Shown here: piece by piece, positions 1-9,392 of the stretch
How positions within the stretch are numbered: the stretch's first letter is position 1
Layout of the letters: each line of letters starts with the position of its first letter
Origin: a candidate division CPR2 bacterium GW2011_GWC2_39_35
GTDB taxonomy: Bacteria > Patescibacteriota > CPR2
Assembly (NCBI GenBank): GCA_000995065.1
Contig: LBWX01000003.1
Coordinates: 153,284-217,283 of the forward strand
Length of the DNA stretch: 64,000 bases
Direction of reading: 5' to 3'
Notes under the pieces: generated by a model
Database searches by the model: none
What the model was told of the DNA's origin: nothing
Seen by the model: the letters and a program-made list of their open reading frames with translations, nothing else
Program-made: the position numbers and the translations under genes

Positions 1-203
1 ACAAAAGAGATCACATATCTTACAAGCAATACATTTACTTATATCACAGTCTACTGCCGGGGTTAGATAAAAACCAACATTATCGTGGGAAAAATTTAGA
101 CATTTCTGGGGACACTTTTCGACACAAACCCCGCAACCTTTACACTGATCCAAATCGATGGTCCATTTTTTATCGGAACTTTCAAACGTCACGGGTTTAG
201 GCA
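1..203 (-). CDS. porD: 2-oxoacid:ferredoxin oxidoreductase delta subunit (4Fe-4S ferredoxin), 3' part truncated by window edge
   Basis: Reverse-strand translation from ATG at 203: MPKPVTFESSDKKWTIDLDQCKGCGVCVEKCPQKC...CIACKICDLFC, with two CxxCxxCxxxCP ferredoxin motifs; immediately downstream of gamma subunit. Confidence 0.6.
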
Positions 204-790
204 TGTACCTCCTCCTCTCTCGTTTCCCGAAGTTCATTTCGAAGCATTGTTATCCCGGCATCCAAAGCTTTAAAGTTTAATTGATGCATCGCCGGATTAT
301 TTAAAACCTTAGCCCCTAATTCTTCCTCTAGGGCTTTTCTTACGATTTCCTTCGTTAAACCATCTACCAAACTTGTAATAGCACCTAAGTAAATTACGTT
401 AAAAACTTTTAAAGTTAAGAATTTCTCTGCGTATTCCTTAGCATCCATTCCGATTTTCTTACAATTTATGTGTTCGACATCCTTTTTAGAAATCTGGCCT
501 CTCTCGTAAATATAAATTGTTTCCGGAGTTACGTATTGTTCTGTTCTCTTGACGGCTCTTTTACACAAAACTACCAAGATATCGGCTTTAGCAAATTTAG
601 GAAATGGAATCTGATGAGTCGAAATCTGATTAAAACCAACCGAAACTCCACCCCTCTGTTCAACTCCATAATTTGGAATATAAGTAGTTTTTCTACGCGC
701 CAAAAAAGCGGCAATGGTAAGGGTTTTACCAATTACCTGAACTCCTTGACCGCCCTCACCGGTAACAATTAATCTTAAAGGTTTTTCCAT
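197..790 (-). CDS. porC: 2-oxoacid (pyruvate/2-ketoisovalerate):ferredoxin oxidoreductase gamma subunit
   Basis: 197 aa; LIVTGEGGQGV N-terminal motif typical of POR/KOR gamma; operon context with alpha/beta/delta. Confidence 0.75.
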   Translation of the reverse strand: MEKPLRLIVTGEGGQGVQVIGKTLTIAAFLARRKTTYIPNYGVEQRGGVSVGFNQISTHQIPFPKFAKADILVVLCKRAVKRTEQYVTPETIYIYERGQISKKDVEHINCKKIGMDAKEYAEKFLTLKVFNVIYLGAITSLVDGLTKEIVRKALEEELGAKVLNNPAMHQLNFKALDAGITMLRNELRETREEEVHA

Positions 791-796
791 AATATT

Positions 797-1063
797 TTAG
801 GCCCCTTTTAACGAGAGTTTAACAATAAAAAACCAGAAGATCGCCGCCACAAAAAACAAACTAACGATAATAAGACTAGCTGATAAAAACTTAGATTGCA
901 CCACCCTGGCATCTTTAAAATGAGCATAGCCAAAAACCGCAAATGCCACACAAACCGCAACCAATAGCGACAAAACAAGATTAGTAAAAATAGGCGCTAT
1001 ATCCTTTGCAATATCACCTATTTTGCCCATTATTTGTACTATTAAGTCAGCTTGTTCCGTCAC
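797..1063 (-). CDS. small hypothetical membrane protein (2 predicted TM) inserted between POR beta and gamma genes
   Basis: 88 aa ORF with two long hydrophobic stretches; overlaps beta-subunit gene end by 17 nt. Confidence 0.4.
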   Translation of the reverse strand: MTEQADLIVQIMGKIGDIAKDIAPIFTNLVLSLLVAVCVAFAVFGYAHFKDARVVQSKFLSASLIIVSLFFVAAIFWFFIVKLSLKGA

Positions 1064-1769
1064 GATTAATCTCTCCTAATTTGTAAACTTCTTCCATAGT
1101 TTTTAGAAATTCAAACGATCCTTTGGCATCGGTTTTCCAATTTGTGGGACAAATTGACAAAGCTTCCACAAAGGAAAAGCCCTTACCTTCCATCTGATGA
1201 GTAATGGCCTTTTTAATATATTTTTTAAGCGTCATCGGGTTAGAGACTGAACCTCTTGCAATATATAAGTCACCATTTCCGATTTGAGATACTAATTCCG
1301 GCCCCATTAAAGGGCTTTCCAAGGTAAAATCACCGTTTGGTGTACTATCGGTAACTTCATGAGGCATTGTAGTTGGTGCCGCCTGACCTCCGGTCATAGC
1401 ATACAAAGTATTATTAACCGTAATGACCGTAACATTTTCTTGTCTTAAGGCTGAATGAAGCAAAGATTGAAGCCCGATAGCATATGCTCCGCCATCACCG
1501 GTATAAGCAATAACGACCGATTTTGGATTGCCTCGCTTTATTCCCACAGCTACCGGAGTTGTCCGGCCATGATGGGTCTGCACCGTATCGACATCATAAA
1601 AATCCCAAGCTAGAAGCGAGCAGCCGATATCTATGGAGAAAACCGCATCTTTTTGAATACCCAATTCGTCAATAGCCTGACCAAGCATTTTTAAAACTAT
1701 GCTATGTCCGCATCCTGGGCAAAATTTTGCCGGCTTTGTTTCTTTTTTATAACAACTCGGCACGCTCAT
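1047..1769 (-). CDS. porB: 2-oxoacid:ferredoxin oxidoreductase beta subunit (TPP-binding)
   Basis: 240 aa; CPGCGH Cys motif and GDGG TPP-binding region; overlaps alpha gene by 4 nt. Confidence 0.85.
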   Translation of the reverse strand: MSVPSCYKKETKPAKFCPGCGHSIVLKMLGQAIDELGIQKDAVFSIDIGCSLLAWDFYDVDTVQTHHGRTTPVAVGIKRGNPKSVVIAYTGDGGAYAIGLQSLLHSALRQENVTVITVNNTLYAMTGGQAAPTTMPHEVTDSTPNGDFTLESPLMGPELVSQIGNGDLYIARGSVSNPMTLKKYIKKAITHQMEGKGFSFVEALSICPTNWKTDAKGSFEFLKTMEEVYKLGEINRDGTS

Positions 1770-2818
1770 AAAACCTCCTGAATCTTTTCTAAGGCTTCTT
1801 CCGGAACAATACCTTCTGCCGGTTTAAAATAGGAATAATATTCGGCCTGGGTGGCTCCAAATAATGCGTCTCTTACTAGCTTTGCAAATTGGCCATGAGC
1901 AGCCTCTATTACCATTATTTTCTTAGCTTTTCTGACAGCTTTTATCATGGCTTCTTTTGGAAGCGGTCTTAAGGTGATTGGCCTAAATAAGCCAACCTTC
2001 ATTTTCTGCTCCCGAGCCATACTTACCGCCGCTTTTACGGCCTCAGCGACGCTGCCATGGGCAAAAACAATAAGTTCCGCATCACCGCAGTATAGCTCTT
2101 CATATTCGACTATTTTAGGACTCATTTTATGAAAATCTTCAATATCTTTATTTAAAACCTCTGCCAATTCATCTTCTAGACTATAACAGTTGCGGATATT
2201 TACATACTCGCCTTTTTCGATCCTTTCTTTGTCCTGCAGCATCGGCTTTGCATCTATGGTTTTTCCTTTGTGATAAATAACTTCGCCAAAGGTTTTGCCA
2301 AGATATCCATCGGACAAAATAAAAGTCGGGAAACGATAACGCCAGGCCGCATCGAAAGCTTTAAAAGTATAATCATACAACTCCTGAAGATTTCCGGGAG
2401 AATAAACAATCCTCATGCCTTCGCCATTTCCACCATGAGCGGTTAAAAAAAGCTCTTGCTGAGAAAAAATGACGGTACCAGTAGACGGGCCGCCGCGCTG
2501 AGCAATGTAAGTAACAATCGGGATTCTCATCGCCTCGGCCATAGCTAAAGAATCTTGCATTAAAATGTTTCCGGGACCAGCCGAAGCTGTCCATGCTTTT
2601 TTCCCTGCAAGAATACCGCCAATTGTTGCGAAACCTGCTGCAATCTCGTCTTCTGTCTGAAGAAAAACCAAATCTTTATCGACATCAGCACGCTTCGCCC
2701 AACCAGCTAAGATTTCAGTTGAGGGAGTTATTGGATAACCGCAGAACATGGATGCTCCGGCATCTATTGCAGCTTCGACAACAACTTCATTTCCAATTGC
2801 TAGGACCTTGTTCACCAA
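1766..2818 (-). CDS. porA: 2-oxoacid:ferredoxin oxidoreductase alpha subunit
   Basis: 350 aa; N-terminal GNEVVVEAAIDAG.. CGYPITPSTEI motif typical of POR/KOR alpha. Confidence 0.85.
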   Translation of the reverse strand: MVNKVLAIGNEVVVEAAIDAGASMFCGYPITPSTEILAGWAKRADVDKDLVFLQTEDEIAAGFATIGGILAGKKAWTASAGPGNILMQDSLAMAEAMRIPIVTYIAQRGGPSTGTVIFSQQELFLTAHGGNGEGMRIVYSPGNLQELYDYTFKAFDAAWRYRFPTFILSDGYLGKTFGEVIYHKGKTIDAKPMLQDKERIEKGEYVNIRNCYSLEDELAEVLNKDIEDFHKMSPKIVEYEELYCGDAELIVFAHGSVAEAVKAAVSMAREQKMKVGLFRPITLRPLPKEAMIKAVRKAKKIMVIEAAHGQFAKLVRDALFGATQAEYYSYFKPAEGIVPEEALEKIQEVL

Positions 2819-2824
2819 CCCTCC

Positions 2825-5023
2825 TTATATATCATATTTTAACACCATCTTTACATCCAAAGCAATAACGCCCTTATTCCTCTCGTTAACTCTTAACGGA
2901 TTTATATCCACTTCCTCGATCTCGGGAAAATCAGTCATAAGTTTTGACAGCCTAATAATCGTGTCGGAAATGGCATCAATGTCATATGCTTCTCCGCCTC
3001 TAAATTCCTGGAGCAGTTTTGAGCTTTTTGTTTCGGCTATCATTTCTAAGGCTTCTTTTTTGGTAACAGGTGCGATTCTAAAAGCAACATCATGAATTAA
3101 TTCAACCATGATTCCACCCAATCCAAATACGATAACCGGCCCAAAAATCGGATCTCGTTTGCCGCCCACAATAACTTCCTGACCTTTTCTTACCATATGA
3201 TAAACCGTAATTCCTTCGATTCTAGCTTCGGGCATTTTTTTATTTACGCTAGCCATTATTTCCTTAAAGGCTTCTTTTACTTCAGTCTTGTTATTTAAAC
3301 CAATTTTTACGCCTCCAACATCCGTTTTATGAAGAATGTCCTGAGATGTAATTTTTAAGACTACCGGAAAACCAATACTCTGAGCTGCTTCGGCCGCTTC
3401 CTCCGTATTTTTAGTTAGCTGACTTTTTGCCACATTAACGCCGTAAGAACGTAAAATTTTAGCCGCCAAACTATCCAAAGAATCGCCCAAGTTAAAGATT
3501 CCGGCAACATGTGCCTCCCTTAAAAGATTATTAACTCGGTCCTTATTAATGTTCTCTGTAAGTATAAGATCGGTCTTATCTTTTCGATCTAGATATTCTG
3601 AATATTCAAACATCGCCTCAAAAGCCCGAACCGCCCTTTCCGGAAAATCAAACGTTGGAATTTTATTCTCCGCTAGAACTTTAACACCTTCTGAGATTTT
3701 CTTTCCGCCCATAAAAGAAGCAATAACCGGTTTTTTATATTTTCTTTGCATCGCCACTATCACCTCTGCCGTTTTTTTAACTTCGGTTGTTATTTGCGGC
3801 GTAGCGATAACAATCACGCCATCCACATTTTTATCGGCGAGAACCGCCTCGAGCCCAATCTTATACCGATCGGCCTTAGCATCTCCCACAAGATCCACCG
3901 GGTTATTGATACTTGCCATTTTTGGCAATTTTCGCTCTAAATATGCTTTAGTTATCGAATTTAATTTGGCAAGCTCCAGTTTGCTCTGAAAAATGGCATC
4001 AGCAGTCATGACTGACGGTCCGCCAGCATTGGCAATGATAGCAATTTTATTTCCCTTTAAAAGAGGCTCAAAAGCAAACACTTTGGCATAATCAAAAAGC
4101 TCCTCTAAGTTGTATGCTCTTATAATTCCGGCTTTTTTAAAAGCAGCTGATACAGCCGTTTCTGAACCCGCTAGGCTTCCCGTATGGGAAGCGGCAGCCT
4201 TTGCCCCCGCAGATGTTATCCCGGCTTTTAAAACAATTAAAGGTTTTTTGGCGGTAATTTTTTTAGCAAAGCGAATAAAATTATCCCCTTCGCTTATTCC
4301 CTCTAAATATCCCAGGATTACCTTGGCCGCATTATCATTTTCCCATTCCTGAAACAAATCAGATTCATCGATATCGGCTTTATTTCCCAAAGAAACAAAT
4401 CTCGAAAAACCAATATCGTTAGCATTAGCCCAATCTAGAATAGCCGTACAAACCGCTCCGGATTGAGAAAAAACCGCAATGTTATTTTTTTCCGGCATGC
4501 TTTGGGCAAAAGAGGCATTAAGCTTTTGGAAAGTATCGATATACCCCAAACAATTTGGTCCCAAGACTCGAATTTGATGGTCATTTGCAATTTCTTTTAT
4601 CTGTCGCTCCAGCTCTTTTCCTTTTCCGCCGATCTCCCCGAAACCGGCTGAAATAATAATCGCGGTTTTTATACCCTTAATACCGCATTGCTCCAAAACT
4701 TCCGGTACGTAAAAAGCCGGCACCAGAATAACGGCCATATCTACCGAATCCGGGATATGATGAATCGTCTGGTAGCACTTGTATCCAAGAATTTCTTCGG
4801 CTTTTGGATTGACCGGATAAATTTTACCCCTAAAACCGTATCTTTTAATATTTGCAAGCACCAAGAAACCAAGCTTATCCGGATCTCTGGAAGCCCCGAT
4901 TATAGCGATACTTTTTGGTTGGAATAATAAATTCTTTTTCACATAATGCCTTAAAATATAATTACTTTTGATTCGTCTCCAAAGCTTTAAACAGAAAAGA
5001 TGCTTTAAAATGACAAAATCCAA
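2825..5023 (-). CDS. acd: acetyl-CoA synthetase (ADP-forming), fused alpha/beta domains (CoA-binding + ATP-grasp)
   Basis: 732 aa; KSIAIIGAS CoA-binding N-terminus, succinyl-CoA-synthetase-like flavodoxin domain, C-terminal ATP-grasp; annotated start at 5023 may be too far upstream (overlaps inverted repeat). Confidence 0.8.
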   Translation of the reverse strand: MDFVILKHLFCLKLWRRIKSNYILRHYVKKNLLFQPKSIAIIGASRDPDKLGFLVLANIKRYGFRGKIYPVNPKAEEILGYKCYQTIHHIPDSVDMAVILVPAFYVPEVLEQCGIKGIKTAIIISAGFGEIGGKGKELERQIKEIANDHQIRVLGPNCLGYIDTFQKLNASFAQSMPEKNNIAVFSQSGAVCTAILDWANANDIGFSRFVSLGNKADIDESDLFQEWENDNAAKVILGYLEGISEGDNFIRFAKKITAKKPLIVLKAGITSAGAKAAASHTGSLAGSETAVSAAFKKAGIIRAYNLEELFDYAKVFAFEPLLKGNKIAIIANAGGPSVMTADAIFQSKLELAKLNSITKAYLERKLPKMASINNPVDLVGDAKADRYKIGLEAVLADKNVDGVIVIATPQITTEVKKTAEVIVAMQRKYKKPVIASFMGGKKISEGVKVLAENKIPTFDFPERAVRAFEAMFEYSEYLDRKDKTDLILTENINKDRVNNLLREAHVAGIFNLGDSLDSLAAKILRSYGVNVAKSQLTKNTEEAAEAAQSIGFPVVLKITSQDILHKTDVGGVKIGLNNKTEVKEAFKEIMASVNKKMPEARIEGITVYHMVRKGQEVIVGGKRDPIFGPVIVFGLGGIMVELIHDVAFRIAPVTKKEALEMIAETKSSKLLQEFRGGEAYDIDAISDTIIRLSKLMTDFPEIEEVDINPLRVNERNKGVIALDVKMVLKYDI

Positions 5024-5096
5024 ATTTCAAATTCCAAATGAAATCCAAATGATTAAATTTCAAATAAAAAGACTTTTGACATTTGGATTTTGTCAT
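5010..5096. terminator. perfect 16-bp inverted repeat (atgacaaaatccaaat / atttggattttgtcat) with ~55-nt AT-rich loop between PfkB kinase and acd genes
   Basis: arms at 5010-5025 and 5081-5096 are exact reverse complements. Confidence 0.4.
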
Positions 5097-5152
5097 TGAT
5101 TTGACATTTGATATTTGAGCTTTGGCATTAATTTTATTTTTCATTTTCCCTC

Positions 5153-6127
5153 TCACTTTACTTTCACTGCTTGTCTCGCCTTAAATAAATCCCTCTTACT
5201 TAGCAGCCCTTCCGTTGCTCCCCATCTTCCAACAACCGATGCGGCATTCTTTGCCGCTTTTTCGAGCGAGATATTTACATCTAATCCCATTATTTGACAC
5301 GCCGTAAAGGTCGAGCCAAAAGCATCGCCTGCTCCCGTCGTATCAATAATGTGCGAAGACAAAACTTTTTGATAATACTCCATAAAACCATCACAAGCAT
5401 AAGCGCCATCATTGCCGCAAGTTACAATTACCATCTTTGGACCAAAAGATTTAAGCTCCATTAAAAGAGATTTTTCGTCATTTAAATCTAGCTTAGACCC
5501 CGAGGAAGAAACTAAATCCTTAGCCTCCTCTTTGTTTAAGATAAGGATTTCTGTTTCTTTTAAGAAATCGGCCAATTTTTTATAACCCTCTGAAAGCTGG
5601 ACCGATCCCGGATTCCAAGCTATTTTAATCTTATGAATTTTAGCAAAGTTAAAAATTTGGGGGACTAGAAGATCGGATTTTCCAGTTAAGGAGCTAACGT
5701 AAAACCAATCCGTCTTTTTTAACGGCCGCCAATTGTTAATAACCAGTTCATCATTTGCCCCTCTGTAGTTAAAAATTATGTGGTCCTTGCCGGCTACTAC
5801 TATATACCCTAAAGCCGTATGATTTTTCAAAGTTTTGTTAATAAAGGTTGTATTGACCCCTAAATTCTGCAAATCTGAAACCATAGCGCTTCCGGTGCCG
5901 TCTTTACCAATACTTGCCACCATGGCAGCCTTAAGCCCCAATCTGGCAAAACAAACCGAAGAATTATGAGCCCCGCCGCCATAAGTAAAAAAAGCCTCGT
6001 CAGGGATAATCTTCGATCCATATTCAAAAGCGAGAAGCGTTTCCTTTTTGTTTTCTATAATCTCACCTTTACAGGTTTTACAAAAGATATCTCTGGTGGC
6101 ACCACCAATGCTTACCACGTTAAACAT
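5153..6127 (-). CDS. PfkB-family carbohydrate kinase (ribokinase/phosphofructokinase-like)
   Basis: 324 aa; GG di-glycine region and DTTGAGDAF ATP/anion-hole motif of ribokinase superfamily. Confidence 0.75.
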   Translation of the reverse strand: MFNVVSIGGATRDIFCKTCKGEIIENKKETLLAFEYGSKIIPDEAFFTYGGGAHNSSVCFARLGLKAAMVASIGKDGTGSAMVSDLQNLGVNTTFINKTLKNHTALGYIVVAGKDHIIFNYRGANDELVINNWRPLKKTDWFYVSSLTGKSDLLVPQIFNFAKIHKIKIAWNPGSVQLSEGYKKLADFLKETEILILNKEEAKDLVSSSGSKLDLNDEKSLLMELKSFGPKMVIVTCGNDGAYACDGFMEYYQKVLSSHIIDTTGAGDAFGSTFTACQIMGLDVNISLEKAAKNAASVVGRWGATEGLLSKRDLFKARQAVKVK

Positions 6128-7379
6128 GCGTTGTTATCCTTCCGGATTTTTTTAAGACTGTTTTAAAAATTTCTCTCCCCCTTAGATGTTTTAGGGCGCC
6201 AAAACGACAACCCGTCTCGCCGAATTCACAAATACTATCTCTATTTTTACCATCGTAGATTAGAAAAGGAACCGGATCTTCGGCATGATCCTGAAGCTCG
6301 CATGCCGTAGTATGATCACCAGATATAAATATTAAAGTATTTTTTAGCTTTCGGAAAGCCTTAAGCTCTCGGTCTATTTTTTCAATCAATATCTTTTTCT
6401 CCATATAATCTCCTCGCTCTTCAGCACAAGTATCGACAGCCTTAAAATGGAGATAAACAAAATCATGATTTTTTAAAGCCTTTTTGGCCGCCACAACTTT
6501 GCTTTTATAGTTAGAACTGCTAAGACCATTAGCGCCATTCACCTTTATAAAATCCATCCCTAAATACCTTGCGATCCCAATATAAAGAGGCGCTCCGGCT
6601 ACCGCAGCAGCCCTTAAACCATATTTTTCTTTATAAGAAGGAACCTTAAAAAAGGTGCCGGATCCTCTTGTTAAAAGAAAATTAACGGGTAAAAGCCCTT
6701 TTTTAATTCTTTCTTCATTTAAAGGTAAGGTATTTAAATATTTATTGACTTCAAGCTGATATTTCCACAATGCCTTTGCGGTTTTAACGGAAGCCTGGGA
6801 ACTATCCAAGGGTTGAGGGTGCAAAACCTTGGCGTCCTTTTTGTGAGGGCCATCTTTATGGGGGTCCGTGTCCGACACCATAGACGAATGAGCATGAACA
6901 TTCTCGCTCAAATCTTTACCGCTTATAATAAGTACGCCGCGATGAGCCAAACCGGAGTAAATTTCAAAATTAAAACCGTCCACCTCCCTAGTTCCAATTG
7001 CTTCAGAAAATTCTATTGTTCTAGAAATATTCCCTGCCCGCGGATCCACAACTCGCAAATCTTCGTCTACCGTGCCGAAATCAACTCGTAAGGCAAGATC
7101 CCCGGGATTTAATTTGATCCCAAGCCCCAAGGCCTCCAAAACACCGCGTCCGGGATAGTCCTTAATATAATGATAGCCAAAAAGAGCCAAATGACATTCT
7201 TCGGAAGTGGGATAGACGCCTTTTGGCAAGGCATTTTGGACTCCGCAAATACCATTTTGGGCAAAAAAATCCATGTTTGGAGTCCGAGCCGCTTCTAGCG
7301 GCGTTTTACCCTCCAAATTTTTTATGGGCCTGTCGCCCAAACCATCTAAAATTACAAAAAGAATTTTTTTAAACGCCAT
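6120..7379 (-). CDS. apgM: 2,3-bisphosphoglycerate-independent phosphoglycerate mutase, archaeal type
   Basis: 419 aa; N-terminal ILFVILDGLGDRP metalloenzyme motif and overall ApgM-like sequence; overlaps neighbours on both sides. Confidence 0.85.
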   Translation of the reverse strand: MAFKKILFVILDGLGDRPIKNLEGKTPLEAARTPNMDFFAQNGICGVQNALPKGVYPTSEECHLALFGYHYIKDYPGRGVLEALGLGIKLNPGDLALRVDFGTVDEDLRVVDPRAGNISRTIEFSEAIGTREVDGFNFEIYSGLAHRGVLIISGKDLSENVHAHSSMVSDTDPHKDGPHKKDAKVLHPQPLDSSQASVKTAKALWKYQLEVNKYLNTLPLNEERIKKGLLPVNFLLTRGSGTFFKVPSYKEKYGLRAAAVAGAPLYIGIARYLGMDFIKVNGANGLSSSNYKSKVVAAKKALKNHDFVYLHFKAVDTCAEERGDYMEKKILIEKIDRELKAFRKLKNTLIFISGDHTTACELQDHAEDPVPFLIYDGKNRDSICEFGETGCRFGALKHLRGREIFKTVLKKSGRITTHV

Positions 7380-8085
7380 CTCCCTTTAGTTTTCTTAATT
7401 TTTTATAAAGTATAAACGACGGATTGGTAATTAAAATAAACGAGAGAAAAGTGACTAAAATGCTACTTATTATTGGCAAGGATGTAAGAATAATGCTAAC
7501 TACGATTATTGGCAGATAGAGAACGACGAGAGTCACGAAAATTTTTCCCTTATAGCCGCTTGTAATTGCTTTACTCTCCCTTAAAGCCTCTAGGCCTCGC
7601 TTTCCCTCAGAGACATAAATATAAGGCGCCATAAAATACATCACCATAAAAATAAAGCCCGGAATTATAAGCAAAATAAACCCTAGAAGAACTTTTAGGC
7701 CGTAAAGAATAGTTACGAAAAGAAATCCCCAGAACTTTCCTTTTGTTTCCTTAAAGATTCCGGATAACTGGCCCTTAATTAGATTCTTACCCGAAATAAT
7801 CTTATCCAAAGACTGTAGATACATCAAAAGAGGGTAAATCGAAAGGATCGAAAGAAATATTACAAGAACAAGGACAAAAAGATCACTAATAAGTTCTTGG
7901 CCATTTGTATCGTCAAAGAATAAACCGCCAAGACTCGCAATTAAATTTATCATGCCAGTTATAGCAATAAGAATAAGAAGAGGTTTAAAATTTGTCTTAA
8001 ATAAACCCCACGATTCACCAACTAAATCAATAATTTTAGGAAAACTATTTTCTTCGGAAGCACTCTTGTTATTTCCTTTACTCAT
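7369..8085 (-). CDS. hypothetical polytopic membrane protein
   Basis: 238 aa, ~6 hydrophobic segments; translationally overlapped with apgM inside the glycolytic operon. Confidence 0.5.
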   Translation of the reverse strand: MSKGNNKSASEENSFPKIIDLVGESWGLFKTNFKPLLILIAITGMINLIASLGGLFFDDTNGQELISDLFVLVLVIFLSILSIYPLLMYLQSLDKIISGKNLIKGQLSGIFKETKGKFWGFLFVTILYGLKVLLGFILLIIPGFIFMVMYFMAPYIYVSEGKRGLEALRESKAITSGYKGKIFVTLVVLYLPIIVVSIILTSLPIISSILVTFLSFILITNPSFILYKKLRKLKGDGV

Positions 8086-8128
8086 TACGATCCCTTTACA
8101 AATTAGTTATTTATATTGTACCAGTTTT

Positions 8129-9391
8129 TTAAGATTTTATCTCTGCTTCGATCTCTAACAATCTGTTATACTTAGCCACTCTTTCCCCTCTCGCCGGAGC
8201 GCCGGATTTGATTTGGCCGCACCCGCAGGCGACTACCAAGTCTGCTATAAAATCATCTGTGGTCTCACCGGACCTATGAGAAATTATAGGTTGAAATTTG
8301 GCTTTTGTGAGCATTTTTATGGCCTCTACGGTCTCTGTTAGAGTACCAATTTGATTGTATTTTATGATAGCGCCATTTGCTAACTTTTTAGAGATTCCGT
8401 CTTTAATTCTTGCCGGATTGGTTACAAAAAGATCATCTCCAATAATTTGGATTTTTCGGCCGTCCACTTTTTCTAAGCGCTCCTTTAAATTTGCCCAACC
8501 CTCAAAATCGTCTTCAGCCAGAGGATCTTCAATGGAGAAAATAGGATAGTCTACAATCCACTGGAAATACATGCCGGTCATTTGAGGCGCCTTTAAAGAA
8601 ACGCCTTGGGATTTAATATAATAATAACCTCCCTGACCATCAGTTTCTTTATATAATTCTGTTGCCGCAACATCCAAGGCAATAAAAACATCTTTACCGG
8701 GAATATAACCTGCTTTTTCTATGGCTTCTACCAAAAGTACCATTCCAGCTTCATTGTTTTCTAAATTTGGAGCAAATCCGCCTTCGTCTCCAATCATCGT
8801 GGCCAGCCCCCTGCTTCTTAACACTTCTTTTAAAGATTTATAAATTTTGGCTCCGGCCTCTATTCTTTTTGTAAAATTGTTGCCCATCACCGGAACAACC
8901 ATCATTTCCTGAACATCAACATTGTTATCGGCATGCGCTCCACCATTTATAATGTTTAAAAGTGGCTTAGGAGCAACATAATCTTCATTAAATTCAAAAT
9001 ACTTTTGAAGAAATCTGTAAAGCGGCATTCCTTTGTCTAAGGCTGCTGCTCTGGCCGCTGCCAGAGAAACACCTAAAATCGCATTGGCGCCTAACCTGGA
9101 TTTATTTTCCGTGCCGTCAAGCATCATCATTGCTTTGTCTATTTCCCAAAGATTTCCGATTTCATTTCCTTTAAGGGCATTAGAAATCTCTTCAACGTTT
9201 GCTACGGCTTTTTTTACTCCAAAACCATCCGCATCCCTTAGCTCATGAGCTTCGTGAGCACCTGTCGAAGCCCCGGATGGCACACTAGCCTTGGCCATTT
9301 TCCCATTGTCCAAGATAACTGTCACTTCGACAGTTGGATTGCCTCTAGAGTCATAAATTTCCCTCGCCTTAATTTCTCTAATTGTTGCCAT
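8129..9391 (-). CDS. eno: enolase (phosphopyruvate hydratase)
   Basis: 420 aa; MATIREIKAREIYDSRGNPTVEV N-terminus and SHRSGETTD active-site region. Confidence 0.95.
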   Translation of the reverse strand: MATIREIKAREIYDSRGNPTVEVTVILDNGKMAKASVPSGASTGAHEAHELRDADGFGVKKAVANVEEISNALKGNEIGNLWEIDKAMMMLDGTENKSRLGANAILGVSLAAARAAALDKGMPLYRFLQKYFEFNEDYVAPKPLLNIINGGAHADNNVDVQEMMVVPVMGNNFTKRIEAGAKIYKSLKEVLRSRGLATMIGDEGGFAPNLENNEAGMVLLVEAIEKAGYIPGKDVFIALDVAATELYKETDGQGGYYYIKSQGVSLKAPQMTGMYFQWIVDYPIFSIEDPLAEDDFEGWANLKERLEKVDGRKIQIIGDDLFVTNPARIKDGISKKLANGAIIKYNQIGTLTETVEAIKMLTKAKFQPIISHRSGETTDDFIADLVVACGCGQIKSGAPARGERVAKYNRLLEIEAEIKS

Positions 9392-9392
9392 A

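Noticed and set aside
470-772. Plus-strand ORFs antisense to well-supported genes (e.g. 470-772, 1947-2132, 2593-3095, 3549-3989, 22583-23020, 23670-24014, 54895-55350, 61035-61487)
   Set aside because: They lie fully inside strongly supported minus-strand coding regions, have low-complexity or Ser/Leu-rich translations and no start-site signals; treated as frame shadows.
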